Below, one piece after another: positions 23,190 through 36,979 of a stretch of DNA of 64,000 bases. Origin of the DNA: Haplodiscus bocki (Eukaryota); contig OZ296657.1 in the NCBI GenBank assembly GCA_965655095.1, forward strand, positions 15,996,001 through 16,060,000, read 5' to 3'. The notes under the pieces were generated by a model. The model had not been told where the DNA came from and made no database searches. It saw only the letters and a program-made list of their open reading frames with translations. The translations under genes were made by a program, and so were the position numbers. How positions within the stretch are numbered: the stretch's first letter is position 1; the number at the start of each line of letters is the position of its first letter.

Positions 23190-25850
23190 GAATACAATTA
23201 CAAATTAATACAAATATGGAAATAAATACATGTAGGTATAAATATAGAGTACCACCATCAGGGAGGACCATTCATAAAAAAAAGGATTCCAAGAGAGTGA
23301 TAGAGCATGATGAGAAATCCCATTGAATAACAAAACTTGCAATTTGATCTTTTACTATTAAATGTTGCACGTTGTTCAATGTTTTACACTTGAGTCTTTC
23401 CGAAGAAAATCAACTGTACCCAAAACTGTTTCTATCATGCACCTGATTTGCTTTGCACCTCTGTAACGCAAACAAATACGACTACCAGGCAGGATTCATC
23501 TAGTTCAGAAAAAAAGATAATCCGTTAAAATTTTCTGGTTTGAACGTATTATACTTATCGCTCACATAACGAGTTCAGATATTCAATTGGTAAAAAACTA
23601 CGAACTGAATTTTAAAAATGTAGGAAGCTCAACAGTATAATAGTTAAATACATCCAACACAAAAATTTCATTAGAAAGTTCTGCAGATGGACAGAAACGA
23701 GCTTTGCAGCAAAAACGTTTTGGGGTCTTTTCCTGTAAATTAAAATTAGCTTTCAACCTTTTTCCCGATTTACAGCTAAATACTTGAAGACCATATCCAA
23801 CAAATTGTTTATTATAAGTAAAATAGTACCGGAGAAGCACAGATTTTCTTAAAAATTGTCTTACCCGTTAATTTAGTCGGAAAATTTCTGCCAGTTTTTT
23901 AACTCTCTCGGCGAAAAGGAATTTGAAAAATAAATGTCTATCAATGAAAATGCCAAAAGTGTTTAGACATTTACTTAGATCAATGGTGGAGTCTGATGAA
24001 TGAATCTCTTTTCACTGAGTTCTAATACCTTTTGGCTTGTGTATTATCGATAATAAGAGCAACTTTATTGACAGATAACCATTTCGAGGAAATATTCTCA
24101 GAAACAATTCAGCGAATACAATTCATCCTGATTCTTTCCATGAACAATAATCGTGTGTTCAGCGGACAACTTTGAAATAAGGGACTCACAAGCACAAGAT
24201 AGATCACTGAATCTAATCAAAAACACTGGAGGCCCAAGAATTAGGCCTTGCGGTTTTCTTAACAGCAGGTTCAAAAAATCCGAATGAACTTTTTTCACCT
24301 GAACACTGAAGTCGTTTTTCTAAAAAAGAACCAAAGATCTTTAAAAAATTCCTCCGACCTTACTTTTCCCATTTCAGCCGATAAAATACATGAGGGATGG
24401 AAGCAAACGCTTTACGGAAATCAAGCAAAGCGCACGTAGATGTATCAGTGCTTCCGTTCCTGATTTGTTCTGTAATTTCAATGAGAGTGTCAATAGTACT
24501 TCGTTTACTACAACAAACCAAACAGCTTCCAATACAAAGTATTTTCCTTATCGAAAAATGAATACAATCGTCCATACAAAATGTTCTCAAACAATTCACT
24601 CAGAGATAGTAAAATAGAACTCGACCTATAGTTATTGATATTCAATTACCATCCGTCACGTTAAGAGGATACACTTTCGCAATCGTTAGACACTTCGGGA
24701 AACAACAACGTGACAGATATAGAATGACGAATTCAGATAAAGTAAAAAAATACCACCGGAAGCGATTTTTTAAGCACTTACGTAGAGACACCTTTAATTC
24801 CATAACCTCTATTGCTCTTCAAAGTAGCTACCATGAAAAATATTCAGTCAAATTAGTTAGACAAGAAAACATAATATCATCAAAATTATAAGTTTTTTTA
24901 CTCCATTTTTTAAACTCCTGTGTGGGTGGACTTTCAACAGTAGTTGAAAAAATTGAAAAAACCATTGTTGAAATTATCCTCAATAACAGAAATGGAATTT
25001 ATGGTGTCATTAGTTCTTTTATAGCTAAGATCTTTTTCACGCTTCTTTTACCTGCCATTTTGTTAATTGCCTCACAGATTGTTTTAGGCTTATCCATACA
25101 ATTTGCAAAAAATACCTTTGAGAAATGACTAAATTGGTTTGCTCAACAGTATATTTTGTCTTCTGGCTGAGTTTCAGGGTCCTTGTTTTGTTCAAAGAAG
25201 TTGGGTTCTCTCGAGATCGCATCAAAGCTTGTCTTTTCTTGCTGACATCAGTTTCAACTTTTATATCAAATCAAGCTGGTTCACAAATTTTTCATCTTGC
25301 AATAATTTACAGAACTGCGTAATTCAATACGATTTTGTATGAATTCCAAAAAAAATTCAAATTGCTTGTCATGGTCCTCATAGCGATCGGGCCTTTTGAA
25401 AAAATTGAAAGTTTTTCCAAATAAACTTGTCTAGCATTTTCACTATAAAATAAAGAAAAATTTTCTTTCGTTCCGTTTCAAAATATAAACATTCATATCG
25501 CCTGCAAAAGAACTGGGGAGTTCATTTAGTTGGAAATGTCATTTAGTCACAATTCAAAGCTCCTTCAATAACAAAGAATTTTTAGCGGACGCAGAGATGT
25601 ACGTGCAAGCCGAAACAAATCAAAGGTTTTTCTTACCCGTTGCTTTTTGACTTTATGACATAGTTTCGTTTCAGTGCATACCTTATCATATTGGATAGAT
25701 TCGTGTTCATAAACAACTACAACGTCAGTTCTATTGAATCCAGGATGAAATGTTGGAGGCAAATAACTATTTTAGTGTAAAATTTGAATTTGTTTTACAT
25801 TTCATATGCATGCTACTGAAAAGCATTCAACAGATGGTTTTTTATGGCAA
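23190..25850 (-). mobile_element. Degenerate CR1/L2-type LINE ORF2 (APE endonuclease + RT), copy 1
   Basis: KPQGLILGPPVFLIRFSDL (consensus GVPQGSVLGPLLFLIYINDL) at ~24200-24260. STIDTLIEITEQIR...CALLDFRKAFASIPH at ~24390-24500. An APE-like VVVYEHESI lies at ~25700. Many stops. Confidence 0.85.
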
Positions 25851-27549
25851 AAAAGTTCTGAATAAAGGTTTATAATATCGAATTTTTGACTAAGCGAACG
25901 AATATTGACATGAAAAATCCGTTTTTGCCCTCTCGACTGCTTTCAATGTCTGTGCCAAAAATTTTGGTTCGTTTAATTGTATTTTTAAGTGGTTTCGTTT
26001 TATTTGAAGAATCACTCATCGAAAATGCCCAAAAACTTCACAAACAGAAGCAACAAAATCCATGTCCCCTTAATGTAGATCAAACAAATTATTACAAACC
26101 TGAACCCAAACCAATCCTCCAGCAACTATGTTCTGGACTTTCCGAGTCTCAAAAAAAGACACCAACAGCCGGAGCATCTTTCTGCTTTTTTCATATGACC
26201 AAACAAACTGGAAAAAATTCAAGGACTTTCATCTCTGCTTTTCCAGCTACTGCACATCCAAAGTGTTGTCAACCTCAGAGCTCACCAGCTGCTTCACTAA
26301 CTCGCCGGCGCCGAAAAATCGCAAATATCAGCAGCTGTGTTTCTTTACCCCCGGGACACAATCTCGTTTTTATTGATTCCTTCTGATAATGGAGCCTTTT
26401 GCCTAATGCGCTCTGTCATCAAAGCAACGACATTATTCCGGACTACAAACATTCTTGATTTAGGGACATAATTTTTCTCCAACAGGGACAAAATATGTCA
26501 AAAGTTGGCAACCGCAATTTTTCATAATTATCACGTGTACACCCTGCATTCGGTAGACACAATCTTGAAGCGGACACTTCACAATAAAGACTTCAAGAAG
26601 TAAAAAGTGACTTCTGCAACCATGGAATGCAAGCCTGAATACAAGTAGCATGTCAAGCATAACAAATCAGACAAAAATCCCACTATAGTTCGTTTTTTGT
26701 TTCGATTTTGAAATATTTAGGAAAGTGAAGCCCGACTAGTTTTTCTAAAAGTATATCGATTTCCAATAGCTCTCTCAAACTCAAAAGTGACAAAAAATTC
26801 CTCAAGTGATGTCACTCATTTTTAAGTCAACCTTTTGAAAGTGGAGGCCAACGTTTTATTCTCTTAGAAGTGATCATGCATGGCTTAGTTTTTGAATCAG
26901 GCCATTGTCAACTGAAAACACCTGCCTAGAAGTAATCTGAGGACAATCTCAGCTACTCATTCCAGTCGACTTTTCCTGAACGACCTGTCGTCTGTTTTCT
27001 CTAGAGTAATCCTCGGGTACCTGTCTTTGACACTTAAATCGCTTCAGATCAAATCGGCGCTGCAGGTGGTTTTGGAGGGCCTTTCGCAACAACCTACATC
27101 TTATAGAGTCAGAAGACAAAAATCCGTGCAAAGTCCTCCAGAGGACACCACGTCGTCCTTCTCGACACGAATCAGTGTTTCATAAAAATTGAAAAGTCAT
27201 CGTGAGACGTCAAAACTTTCTGCTTTGAGTCTCGAATCAGTTTTTTGGTAGTGTAGCAGATTCATTCATTCCCCACTCAGACGAACCGCTTCCCGTTGTC
27301 CTCGATCGAGTATTCTAAATTATTCCGTTGTTTGATTTTATTGTTGGAGACAATTTGATCATAAAGAGTAGAAGAATACCTAGCATGGTCAGAGTCAAAC
27401 GCTTTAATGCAATCACCTGGGCCGTCCACCAGACCGAAAGCTGTTAATTTCACCGTCGCAAAAAGTTTGCATACTGGCAAGCTGAAAACCACTGTCAACG
27501 TCCGAAAAGCATGTGCAATATTTAGTCACGGGGTTCATTTTCCGGCCAA

Positions 27550-28050
27550 CCATGGTAACTTTCGTGTCTTGTATTTGACTTTCAGTTTTTCTATTGCCAT
27601 CGCTCGACTAATCCCACAGATACATTCATTCGCTCTCAAAGCACTTTTTCTACTACGCGAATGAACTCTTATATCTAGTCCCCATCAACTTTGACAAGGC
27701 ACCTATTCAAACTGACTATATCTTTTTACCATCCCTAATCCATATCCCGTGCATTTGTCTCGTCAAATTTAAAGAGAGTGGCTGACCCCCAATGGAGGCA
27801 TAGTTGGCGTAAAAGAGTTAAGGAACTGATTTAGTCTCTGTTCAAAGCGCATGCTCGTTCTCTCCCCAGCGAACAGGTACTTCTTCCACCGAAATATCAA
27901 GTTCCACTCTTCTAATTTCCATCAACGCGCACCAATGAATTTTGACTACAATGCGTGCGTTTTTCTGGTCAATAGTTTATGCTTCTTATCAAAGAAGTGC
28001 TTCCTGCAGGTAAAGATGAGTGAGAGATCGAACTGCGTTCGCAGCTGATC
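27550..28050 (-). pseudogene. Possible superfamily-3 helicase/ATPase remnant
   Basis: Walker-B-like ATLFKFDETNARDMD at ~27735-27785, preceded by FYANYASIG in a shifted frame. Walker A is not cleanly readable. Confidence 0.25.
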
Positions 28051-29299
28051 TTTATGACGTTTATGGAAACCCACATCTCTGCAAACGTCTTCTATATCCT
28101 GTAAATAAACAAACAAGATTCACCAGAGCTTGGGTAGTACTTCAGTATTGAATTGTATTGATTTTCCGTCAGATGCAACCAGTAACAAAAATTTAACGTA
28201 CACTCTCAGAACGGTATTTGGAAATAAAAAAAATCCTTTAGAACAAATCTTGGACGCTCTGTCGACCTCGCCAACCAAAGGTCTTCGTTGATTTGAAATA
28301 ACTAAACACTTAGAAAGCAAGTTCGCATTTCATAAAATTTTAATTTTGGTTTTTTCAACAGTTTTGGACCTGATACGAGACACACTGTGTACTAATACTG
28401 TCCAAATTGCCATCAAAATCGTTCTCACGTTTCATGAGATCCTTACTAGAACGTTCATCCCATAACGAATACTCATTCATAAAGAAAACTCCTGTGTACA
28501 TCTTTTTTCGCTGTGGACAAATAACAAATGATCATACAAGAAGCGTCAGTAGTCCCTCCCACAAGTTGCGTCTATCCCACAATGTGGGTGAAGTTAACTC
28601 CACTACTTTTCCTTTTTATTCACATTGCTAAGCCATAGAATACCTCAACTGTTTCGGACTTAGCTTGCTTAGCTTCGTTTATGTCCGTCAATATCAACTG
28701 AAACTCTTGCTTGCTGTTGCCATCTACACTGTTTGCCTCCTTAGTCCGTACAAACCGAGAAAATTCATATGGCAGCTTGCAAAACGTTTGTGGCAGTTTA
28801 AAGTGTTGGTTCAAATTAAGTCCGACTTTATACATATTGGCCTTTAAAACCGTTGCGACCGTATAGGATATAGGAGTAGCATAATCTTGATTTGACTTTC
28901 GAAAGGAAGAAAAAAAAGTCCATTTTTCATTAGTCCTGGTTCTCCGCCCTCGAGAGAACTGCTGTTGCTCTTTAAATGAGAGGACCGAGGTGGTTACAGT
29001 CCAACCCTTCCGTTTTGATTTCCTCACTCATTCCGAACGAACACTCGAGAAAAAGATTTTTTTTTGGAATTTTTGGGTAGAACTGTTTACTTTGATCGTT
29101 TCTTAACCTCCTTTGTCCTTGCTATATCTTATTTGCTTCGCGAAACAAAACTTCTATCGTTATCAACGCGATCATAGTTTTTAATCCAGGCAACGTATTC
29201 AGCAAACCTCCGAGATTTATTGGATACTTGTAACTTTCTTCTCATAAATGTACTTCCTTTTGATTTTTTTATCTCGGCTTTTTGCACTCTGATGCTGGA

Positions 29300-30550
29300 T
29301 TTAAGTATTTTTTGGAAATTTAATCGCCACTAGATGCCTCGTTAGTCGTTTGCTGTTCTCCATTTGTTGCTGGGATCAGTCGAGCATTTTAACACTTCTG
29401 TTGATGTGGAAAATCTATCATACCCTCATTTGCTACGCCACTTGTGGATGTCGGACAAGGATGTGCTGTTTTCTCCGCTTCAATTTGAAAAAACTGCCTT
29501 TAATTTTCTCAAACAATGAGCTGGGCTCCACCAGCCTCTGTTTGTTTTTGCTACTCCGCATAGAAACTTGTTCCTTCTTTTCGCGTTCGTCATTTCTACC
29601 GTTGTGTATCTACAAAACTTTTTCCATCTTTCCGGGACAAACACGACAGTGAAAAACAGGGTCAAATAGGATTTTAAAAAACGTGTCGGCTCCAGTTTGA
29701 AAAAAAGTTAAGTTCTTCAGGTATCGTGTTTTCTCGAACGGAAAAAAACTGAGCACTTGCTCCATTCCCGTTTAAGCAGGCCAATAGATGAAGTAAACAG
29801 AAAAGTTTCTGTCAACTTTGACCCACCTCTATTGGTGTCCACATCAGTCGATCTGTTTGTGCATTTCACTTTTTGTACAGAAGTTGAAACTGATCGGTGC
29901 CGTTTGATGTTTTGGATTAGGTTTGTCGAAAAGAATATCAATTGACAGTTTCAAGGGTGTACACGACACGGTAAAAATAGGACGGTATTTTAATACTGCA
30001 TGAAATGAGGAGCAAATTGCCATCATCACTAGTTGGACACAGCTTTCCAACTCATGTGGATCCTCCTTCACAAACTTGAGAAATTTTTTCCGGCAGGTAC
30101 TGCTCTTCATTTTGATAGTTGCATTTTCTTCAAGATGGGACGATGTCATTGGAATCCTCTCATTCGCGACAGTCCGACAATTTCCGCGAAATACCTCAAA
30201 CATTGGGCGTTTGCCTTTATTGCTGTGTTGTTTTACAGCACACCCAAATCTTGTGTTCTTATGCCGCTCTCTTCAGGCTGCACTGTTGACAGTCCAAAGG
30301 AATGCGGATTATATTTGCCTGCCTTTTACTTGTGTTCGAAGACAAAATGAATAAAAATTCTATCCATCCCACAATGATGTCTCAGGGGTTTGTGAATCTT
30401 TTTTGCCACACAAGAGCACTGTCGTCAAAAAACCTCGACTTTCCGGACAAACACGTAGGTTCTGAAAAAAATTTTGAAAACCACCACAACCAAAAGCGTT
30501 AGTTTTGATGCAGACTGCTTCTTTGAACTTTGGCAAGAATGTGCTGACAT
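29300..30550 (-). mobile_element. Third, partial copy of the Polinton-like element's accessory-gene block
   Basis: The 119-aa ORF 29844-30203 and flanking Cys-containing fragments resemble the minus-strand blocks at 12300-13420, by eye and at low identity. Confidence 0.4.
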
Positions 30551-30599
30551 AAGCGACCATAACAGACGTGCCTTTTTAATTTTGCGTCAATCATGCGCC

Positions 30600-30990
30600 A
30601 AGGCCAGCCAAAGATGTAACTGTGGTAAATGAACATTCATCTCGTTTGTTATGGCACCTCAAAGTCAAAATTGTCAAGAAGTCCTTTTGAATTGTTGCAG
30701 TGACACTCCAGATCATTTAGTCCGGGAAAAAATCCTCTTTTTCTTAAGCAGCTGGGGGGGGGCAGGCAGATGTGAACTGATTTTCAAACCCGGAAGAATA
30801 TTCTTATGAACGCTGACAAAAATTAACATAGCTCATTCTTCAGTCCAGTTGGTTTGATTTTTTTCTTTCTACTCTCACCACATTTTCCTTACCTCCAATT
30901 AGTCTTTTGCTGGAGATGACAAGACCCAAAAATGTATTCGCTGCCAGAAAAAGTGACACATTGACCGTTTAATTTTTGAACCGTTTTCCT
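30600..30990 (+). mobile_element. Gypsy-type integrase zinc-binding/core fragment
   Basis: LVMAPQSQNCQEVLLNCCSDTPDHLVREKILFFL...QADV resembles LVVP..R.EVL..CHD...GHLG..KTL......W.GM..DV. Very decayed. Confidence 0.4.
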
Positions 30991-31049
30991 CAAACCTTCC
31001 AGAAGCTTGTTTCTAAGTTGTAAAAGCTCATTGGAAGACTTCACGAAAA

Positions 31050-32250
31050 AAAGATAGTTCGTAGAAACAATCGAGTGCTTTTTTTTGTTACAGACAACTC
31101 ATCACAGACTCTATCAGGTACTGGCCTGGTAGGCGCTGGTACTGAATACTGTCCTTTTGATCGCCATTCCCACTTCTGGAGCCCCATTAGAATTTTCAAA
31201 GTTTTCAGATTGAAACCATGTTTTATCAGAGCCATAATGGAGTACCCTAGCACCAATTTGATGTTTGAGAAACACAAATTAACCCCTGAAAAGTCAATGT
31301 ATCAATGAGGGCAGGAGAACGCCTTTAAGTTCACTCAGTCCGTAAGTTCAGTCGGTGAAATTGTACGACCAAAAGTTATGTGCCATAGTTTCTGAAGGTA
31401 GGTTGCAAGGAGGTCACCCGTTAGAATGCGTAGGTGTTTTTATATATCGGCCTTAGTCGTTTTACATCCCTTTTCATTGCCTGTCGTTTATAGAAACACA
31501 TATTGCAAAAAACCTGCGTGAATGCTTACCATCCGGACTCGAAGTAAATTGAAGTTTTATTCGAATATCGAAGCCCGTGTCGCTTGCGTACTTCCAGTGA
31601 AATTTTTGATCGCTTTGAAAAGTTGCTTTTTTCGTTGAAGCTGTTCCTTGGACAAATGTCTACCATCAAAGGGGAAGTATGTCCTCAGAATCAAAGTGTT
31701 TTGTTCTGTTGTTGACGTAAGTGCTGCTTAAACAAAAAAAGCTTGATGTTCAAACTCATCATCTGTTGCATCCCGACTCGGGAGATCGTGCTTTTGGGCA
31801 TCTTTTATCAGTGACTTTTCAGCAGTTGTACTCAAGAAAGTCGAATAAATTCATGGTTTCGAGTTTGTGCTTTCCATGACCCAATTGCCACGTGGGAAAA
31901 ATCAACTGGGGAACCAAGATTTTTGCAGCTCTAAATTTTTGATCACTGCGGATTTCGCACTTCCATTTGTAGTAATTGCTGATCAGTAGCTGGAACCGTT
32001 TGTTCAAGTTAATGATCGGGAACATAATCTTTTGGTTTGTGAGCTTTGATTAGGTTCCTGTGTCTGGCTGGTTCTTCTGGGGAAGAATTTCTGCTCCATC
32101 GGATGAAAAATGCCAAGACTTCTCGGTCAAAAAAACTCGTTTCACATGTCAGTTGTCTGCTGTCAAATCTTAAACTCGCGGTAATTTTTTCGACCTGAAC
32201 AATCAATAGGAGTTTTCATGAGATGGTATTGGTATGCTGTTAGCTAAAAT
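31050..32250 (-). mobile_element. Ty3/Gypsy RT-RNase H remnant
   Basis: VEKITASLRFDSRQLTCETSF (cf. VKKKDGSLRFCVDYRRLN) at ~32140-32195. KFRAAKIL...LGH at ~31880-31940. ATFQSDQK / RPIY RNase-H-like segments at ~31430-31630. The order RT then RH is on the minus strand. Confidence 0.6.
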
Positions 32251-33829
32251 AACTTCTTCCTAAAATTTTCAGTTGCAACACTGCTTCACAGTAAATCGAA
32301 TAATGTCCAACTAACTGAATAAACGCAACTACTACTATACCTTAACACGTTGGGATGTTCAGCTTGTACCACCAGTTTCAAGCATGGCAATGTTTTTGTT
32401 GTCTTTGCCTATTTCTTATTTGTCATTCCCACAGGAGCAACGTAACAGTTAGTAAATTTTACTTTTTTGTGGTACGTGCCACAGCAGCTTTTTTGTTGAA
32501 AAAGCGCGACGCGTGAAATAAATGCACTACCACCCTTAAAAATTATGCACTCCATGGCCAAGGATTACGATGACTGAAATTACGAAACACAGCAGTTACC
32601 TTTGTGAAAACCCGCTTCCCGATGACAAAAGCAAAACTCCTCTCGTGGCTCAGATTTTTGCTCTCTCGGAGACTTTCTTGGGGTTGGGTCCTGGTATCTG
32701 AAAACATTATAGTAATGACGTCCTCAGATTCTACTACCATGGTCTTCAAAGAATCTGCAACGCTAACCCCTTTTGGAGCTCATCCTTTCTCAGTTGTTTC
32801 TCTTTCTACTGGTTTCAATGTCGTGAAACTCGCGAGAGGGAAGAATTTATCAAATTGATTAACAGAAAATTTCTCTTCATCCGTGTTGTCCGATTGAAAT
32901 GCTGCATTTTTGCGTTCCTTAACTCCTTCAATTCTGATAAGGGATAAAACATCTAGTGGTTTCTCCCAAACTCGTTCACTTTTCAGTTCTGCGTCCACAA
33001 AGTTTCTTTCCATAATCACTTCCACTTTTTCTGTTTTGAAATTCTCTATGCATCCACGCACTGTCAGTTAATCAGGAATTACAAGTCATTTTCCGGCTAG
33101 ATTTTCTTTGACAGACGCCTCTAACTCGGTGAAACATCTGTTTTTTCCCGGGTGCTGCATCCTTTTTGCAAACAGTCCGGAGAGCGCCACAGTTTTCACA
33201 TTATCGTGGGTACTAAATGAGTTGAGTGTTTTGTCAGGACTGGTTTTTCAAAAAAGGTTTTAGAAATCACGCAAGGATGTGTTGCAGAATAGTGCGCGGT
33301 CATCTGTTTTACTTTCGTTTCAAACGCGTGTAACAACTGTATTACTACTACGAGTTCTACATTTTCTCATACGCTGTTTTTTGTTTTCCCGATCAAATGG
33401 GTGAATACAAACTCTCAACGCTGATTATCCTGTAATAAGATGTCGGATAAACCTAATGTTTCTCGATCATTTTCAAATTGATGTATTATTCCCTGCCTGT
33501 GTTCAACCATTGTTTTTGCTGCTAGGTAATTTTTATCACGTTTGAGATTTTGAATTTGGTAACAAGAAATTAGTGCTGAGTCGGTTAGTTTCAATGACCG
33601 GAGAATTTACGTTTTTTCTTGTGGTAACTCTACTGAGTTTGGATAGAAATTCGAAGCTGGCGGTGTTGATTTTTTTCAAAACAGTCTTCATGAGGAGAGA
33701 AACTTTGCTTTGGATCTGCAAAAAGATTTCACTACTTAGAGTAAATTTTTTTCTCAAGTACAGATACGTCTTAGTTTCATATTAATTCAAAACTTTCTTG
33801 TTTCCTTACCCGGGTTGACCTCCATAAAA

Positions 33830-34470
33830 AAACATTGAGCTCAGAAACTGTCATTTATGGTGGTGTATGAATACAAGAATGTCATATACTGTACCATACA
33901 TAGAAGTGGATGTCATGACATTCATAAAAAGTCCATAAAATGGTGCAGTTTATGACTTTCATGGCTTCATACAACCAACTTCTGACTCAACTAATGGCAA
34001 AAATTCATCCAGAATATTTTATTTTGGAGCTGGCTTTCAATTTTAATTGCTCAGTTGGGGCCAAATTTGCAGCCACTCGTTGGTGGCCCTGCGACTGTCA
34101 AGACCTTGCACATGGCCAGTTGAGTTTAAACAGAAGTTGAACAAGCTGAATTCCTTGGTGTGGAAAAATCCGGATTCGTTCCTACAATCTTTTTTCATTA
34201 GTTTTTCTGCATTGTAGGGATTCAATGGTCATTATATGATGTCATGCAGTTCAGTAATTGTTCATTAAGGTTGTCATTGAAGTCATTCAATGGTCATTTT
34301 GTGATTTCATGCGATTCAGTAACTGATCAGTAAGGTTTATGGTAGTCAGGCAAGTTATAAAATGGTTGTCATGAATGTCATTGCATGATCATTACCTGAT
34401 TTTTTGTAGGGAAGTGTATGGTCCATAAACTGGACAGTGTATGACTTTCATGTATCATTTATCATCGTTG
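33830..34470. repeat. AT-rich non-coding repeat rich in GTCAT/ATGAC motifs (MITE-like), related to 39440-39690
   Basis: GTCATATACTGTACCATA (~33881), inverted TGGACAGTGTATGAC (~34431) and GTCATACACTGTACCATA (~39664). AAAAGT(T)CCATAAAA occurs in both regions. Confidence 0.45.
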
Positions 34471-35989
34471 CTATTAGGTACTGTGAAAATGGTTGTGATT
34501 GGTTAATAGTATATACGCACTGGTCAACAAAACTACTCATCGGTCCATTTTCAAAAATTAAAATCAAAAGTAAAGTTTCTCGAGAGTTCTTTCTCGCTCA
34601 AGCAAAAACTTGTGGATACAAAATATTTCGAGAATTTGAAATAGTTTTTATTGGTGCTTTTTGTTCAAAAATCAAGGGTTTTTTTTAGAAGTTATGGACC
34701 CTAATTTTCACATGCATCTGACCATTGTTTTATAGTTTTAGTCAAAAAATGCATCATAAATTAAAAAGATTGAAAACTTCCTGTTGCTTTTTTTGTAGCT
34801 ATGAGTTTTCTCAAAAAAATTTGACTTCATGTTGATAAAAAAAATTTTAACAGGTTTTCAATTGCCGTTAGCGATTATTCAGTCCGAGGTAAATACTTTT
34901 TGTGACAAATGACCTGTTTCCCAGTCTATTCAGTTTTGCTTGTCTGTCTTGAGCCACCAGCGATTTTTCATGCAGACTGAGAGAACGTTTTCGGGAGAAC
35001 AATTTGCTTAAAATTGTGAGCTGGTTTTACACAGAGATCAACAATTTGGTGAATTTACAAATGTTCTCGATCCGAGAGAAGGGAAGCTGGAAACTAGGTC
35101 ATTCCTCCGAGGACTCATCTAAATCTACTAAATGTTTGTGTCTCGAAAAGTTTGCATTACTGCTTTCTTCACCTCCAAGGAAAAAATTCTTGCCTCCCTC
35201 GCAACTCAGTTGTTTTCAATTTATCTTTATTGTTCTAATTAGGAGTCGTTAACTCTGGTCCTATGCCATTGAGGAAGTTCTTTCAGCCCTGCTCTACCAT
35301 CAATTTGTGGAGTGAGCCCTCTCCACTACTGCCGTGAGACTGCAGATAGTCCTGGACAGTGGTTTGTCCGATGCTCTATACAATACAGGTCAAATTTTTG
35401 ACTCTAAATTCTATCAGTCTCAAATGAAACTCAGCCAAAATAGTTTTGTTGAAAATCAAGTCTCCAACCGAACTATCTCCAGTGTCAACCGGCGAAGAGC
35501 AGGCCTTATCAAAGTATGAGCCCAGCATTGTAGTCAGTTGACCCATTTTATATTTTGTTATATATTTTAAATAATTGATTGCCGTTGTCTTTTTTGGAAA
35601 ATCCTACTTGTGGAGCTATCTTTTTGACTTTTAAATTCCCGTACATTTCGTTTTTGCCGTATGCAATTGTTTACAACCTATTATCTCTAATTTTCGTTTT
35701 GCAGTTCATCCTCGTGGTCGTCCATTTTTCTTGTTTTGAATTTTGTTTCAGTTACATCGCCCTAACTGATTCGTGGTTTCTGCGCAGTTTAATAGGTTTT
35801 GTTCATTCTTTGCATCATCACCGGACCTCAGGGACCAAAAAGGACCTCATTGTTGAGGAGAGGATTGATAGGTTATATTTCACGCAAAAACTGCTGAATC
35901 TGGCTAATGGTATTGTTGCAGGGCCAGCAGACAAGAAACTTGAGGTTTGGGCTGTTTGAAAGCAGTGTCTTGACCACTGCATCTTCATG

Positions 35990-36500
35990 ATGTTAAAAAA
36001 TATCTGCCAAAGCGAGAGCGTCAAGTCATGGGGACTGAAAGACCAATTCAACATCATCTGGAGGCCAGGGTTGATGAACATTCTAGGGAAGTTCACGACT
36101 GTGCGATTGGAGCTGACGGGCAATTTGCTCAAATAACTGACTCAGGTGGACTCACCATTTCGAACTCAAGGGGGAGAAAACTTCTGAAAACGTGTTTAGT
36201 TCCATAATGTTTAAATGATTGCCTCCTAAATACGATTGTATCGCAACTGGTGAAAATTGTCGTAAGGATAATGCTTGTTTTGCTGAATAAAAAAACAATT
36301 TTAAAAAATCAACTGACCAAGAAATTTGCGAGCAACAGTCACTAAAAGCAGCCATATAGTTGCTTTGTTGACTGAACGATTTAATAATAACTGTTTTTTG
36401 TGTCAAGACAAGAAGCTCCCTGAAGAATGGAGACATTGTGGTGAAACTTGATATAAGCAACAAAAATGTAGAATTGCCCAGAGTATTTCATGTGAGCGCT
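35990..36500 (+). mobile_element. CRE-type non-LTR retrotransposon RT fragment
   Basis: GLKDQ/RP-like segment at ~36020-36050. IATGENCRK (cf. RPIAVGETLRR) at ~36239-36266. DIVVKLDISN (cf. VVKLDFSNAFN) at ~36432-36461. Confidence 0.5.
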
Positions 36501-36979
36501 TCCGTCATGAGTGGAGTGAAAAAAATTCAAAAAACTCCCAATCTTAAAACCTAGGTAAAGAGTTAAGACAGCAGAATAGAACTTGACTTTGTATCTACTG
36601 TTTGTGAAGCTCTAGTTTAACAGTTCCATCTAATAAAAGTTGAGGGTTGAAGGAAAACAAATTGAAAGTTGGTGCCGGTGCTTCTTTGCATATGTTTCGC
36701 CGTCGTTCTTTTTTTTCTGTGATTTTTCCGAAGAAATTGCATTCATAGTTATGAAGACTAACGTTTGATGGTATTTTTTTTGCTAAACAAACAGGAGAAA
36801 TGGCAACGTTTGCCTCCTAAGTATGGATGAAGACTCGGTTGGATCGAAGTTTAACTTTGTCTGATGATCGTGAGTGTGAGCAAACCCAAGTAGAGAAGAG
36901 TTCACGTGAATTTTCAAACTGTCTTCTGGAAGAAAAGTAATCGTTCCATTCGCTGAGCAAAACAATCCTTGCATTTTAA

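Noticed and set aside
25886-26386. 166-aa plus-strand ORF as a gene
   Set aside because: TTG start, no recognisable domain or splice support. It lies at the 5' side of a decayed LINE.
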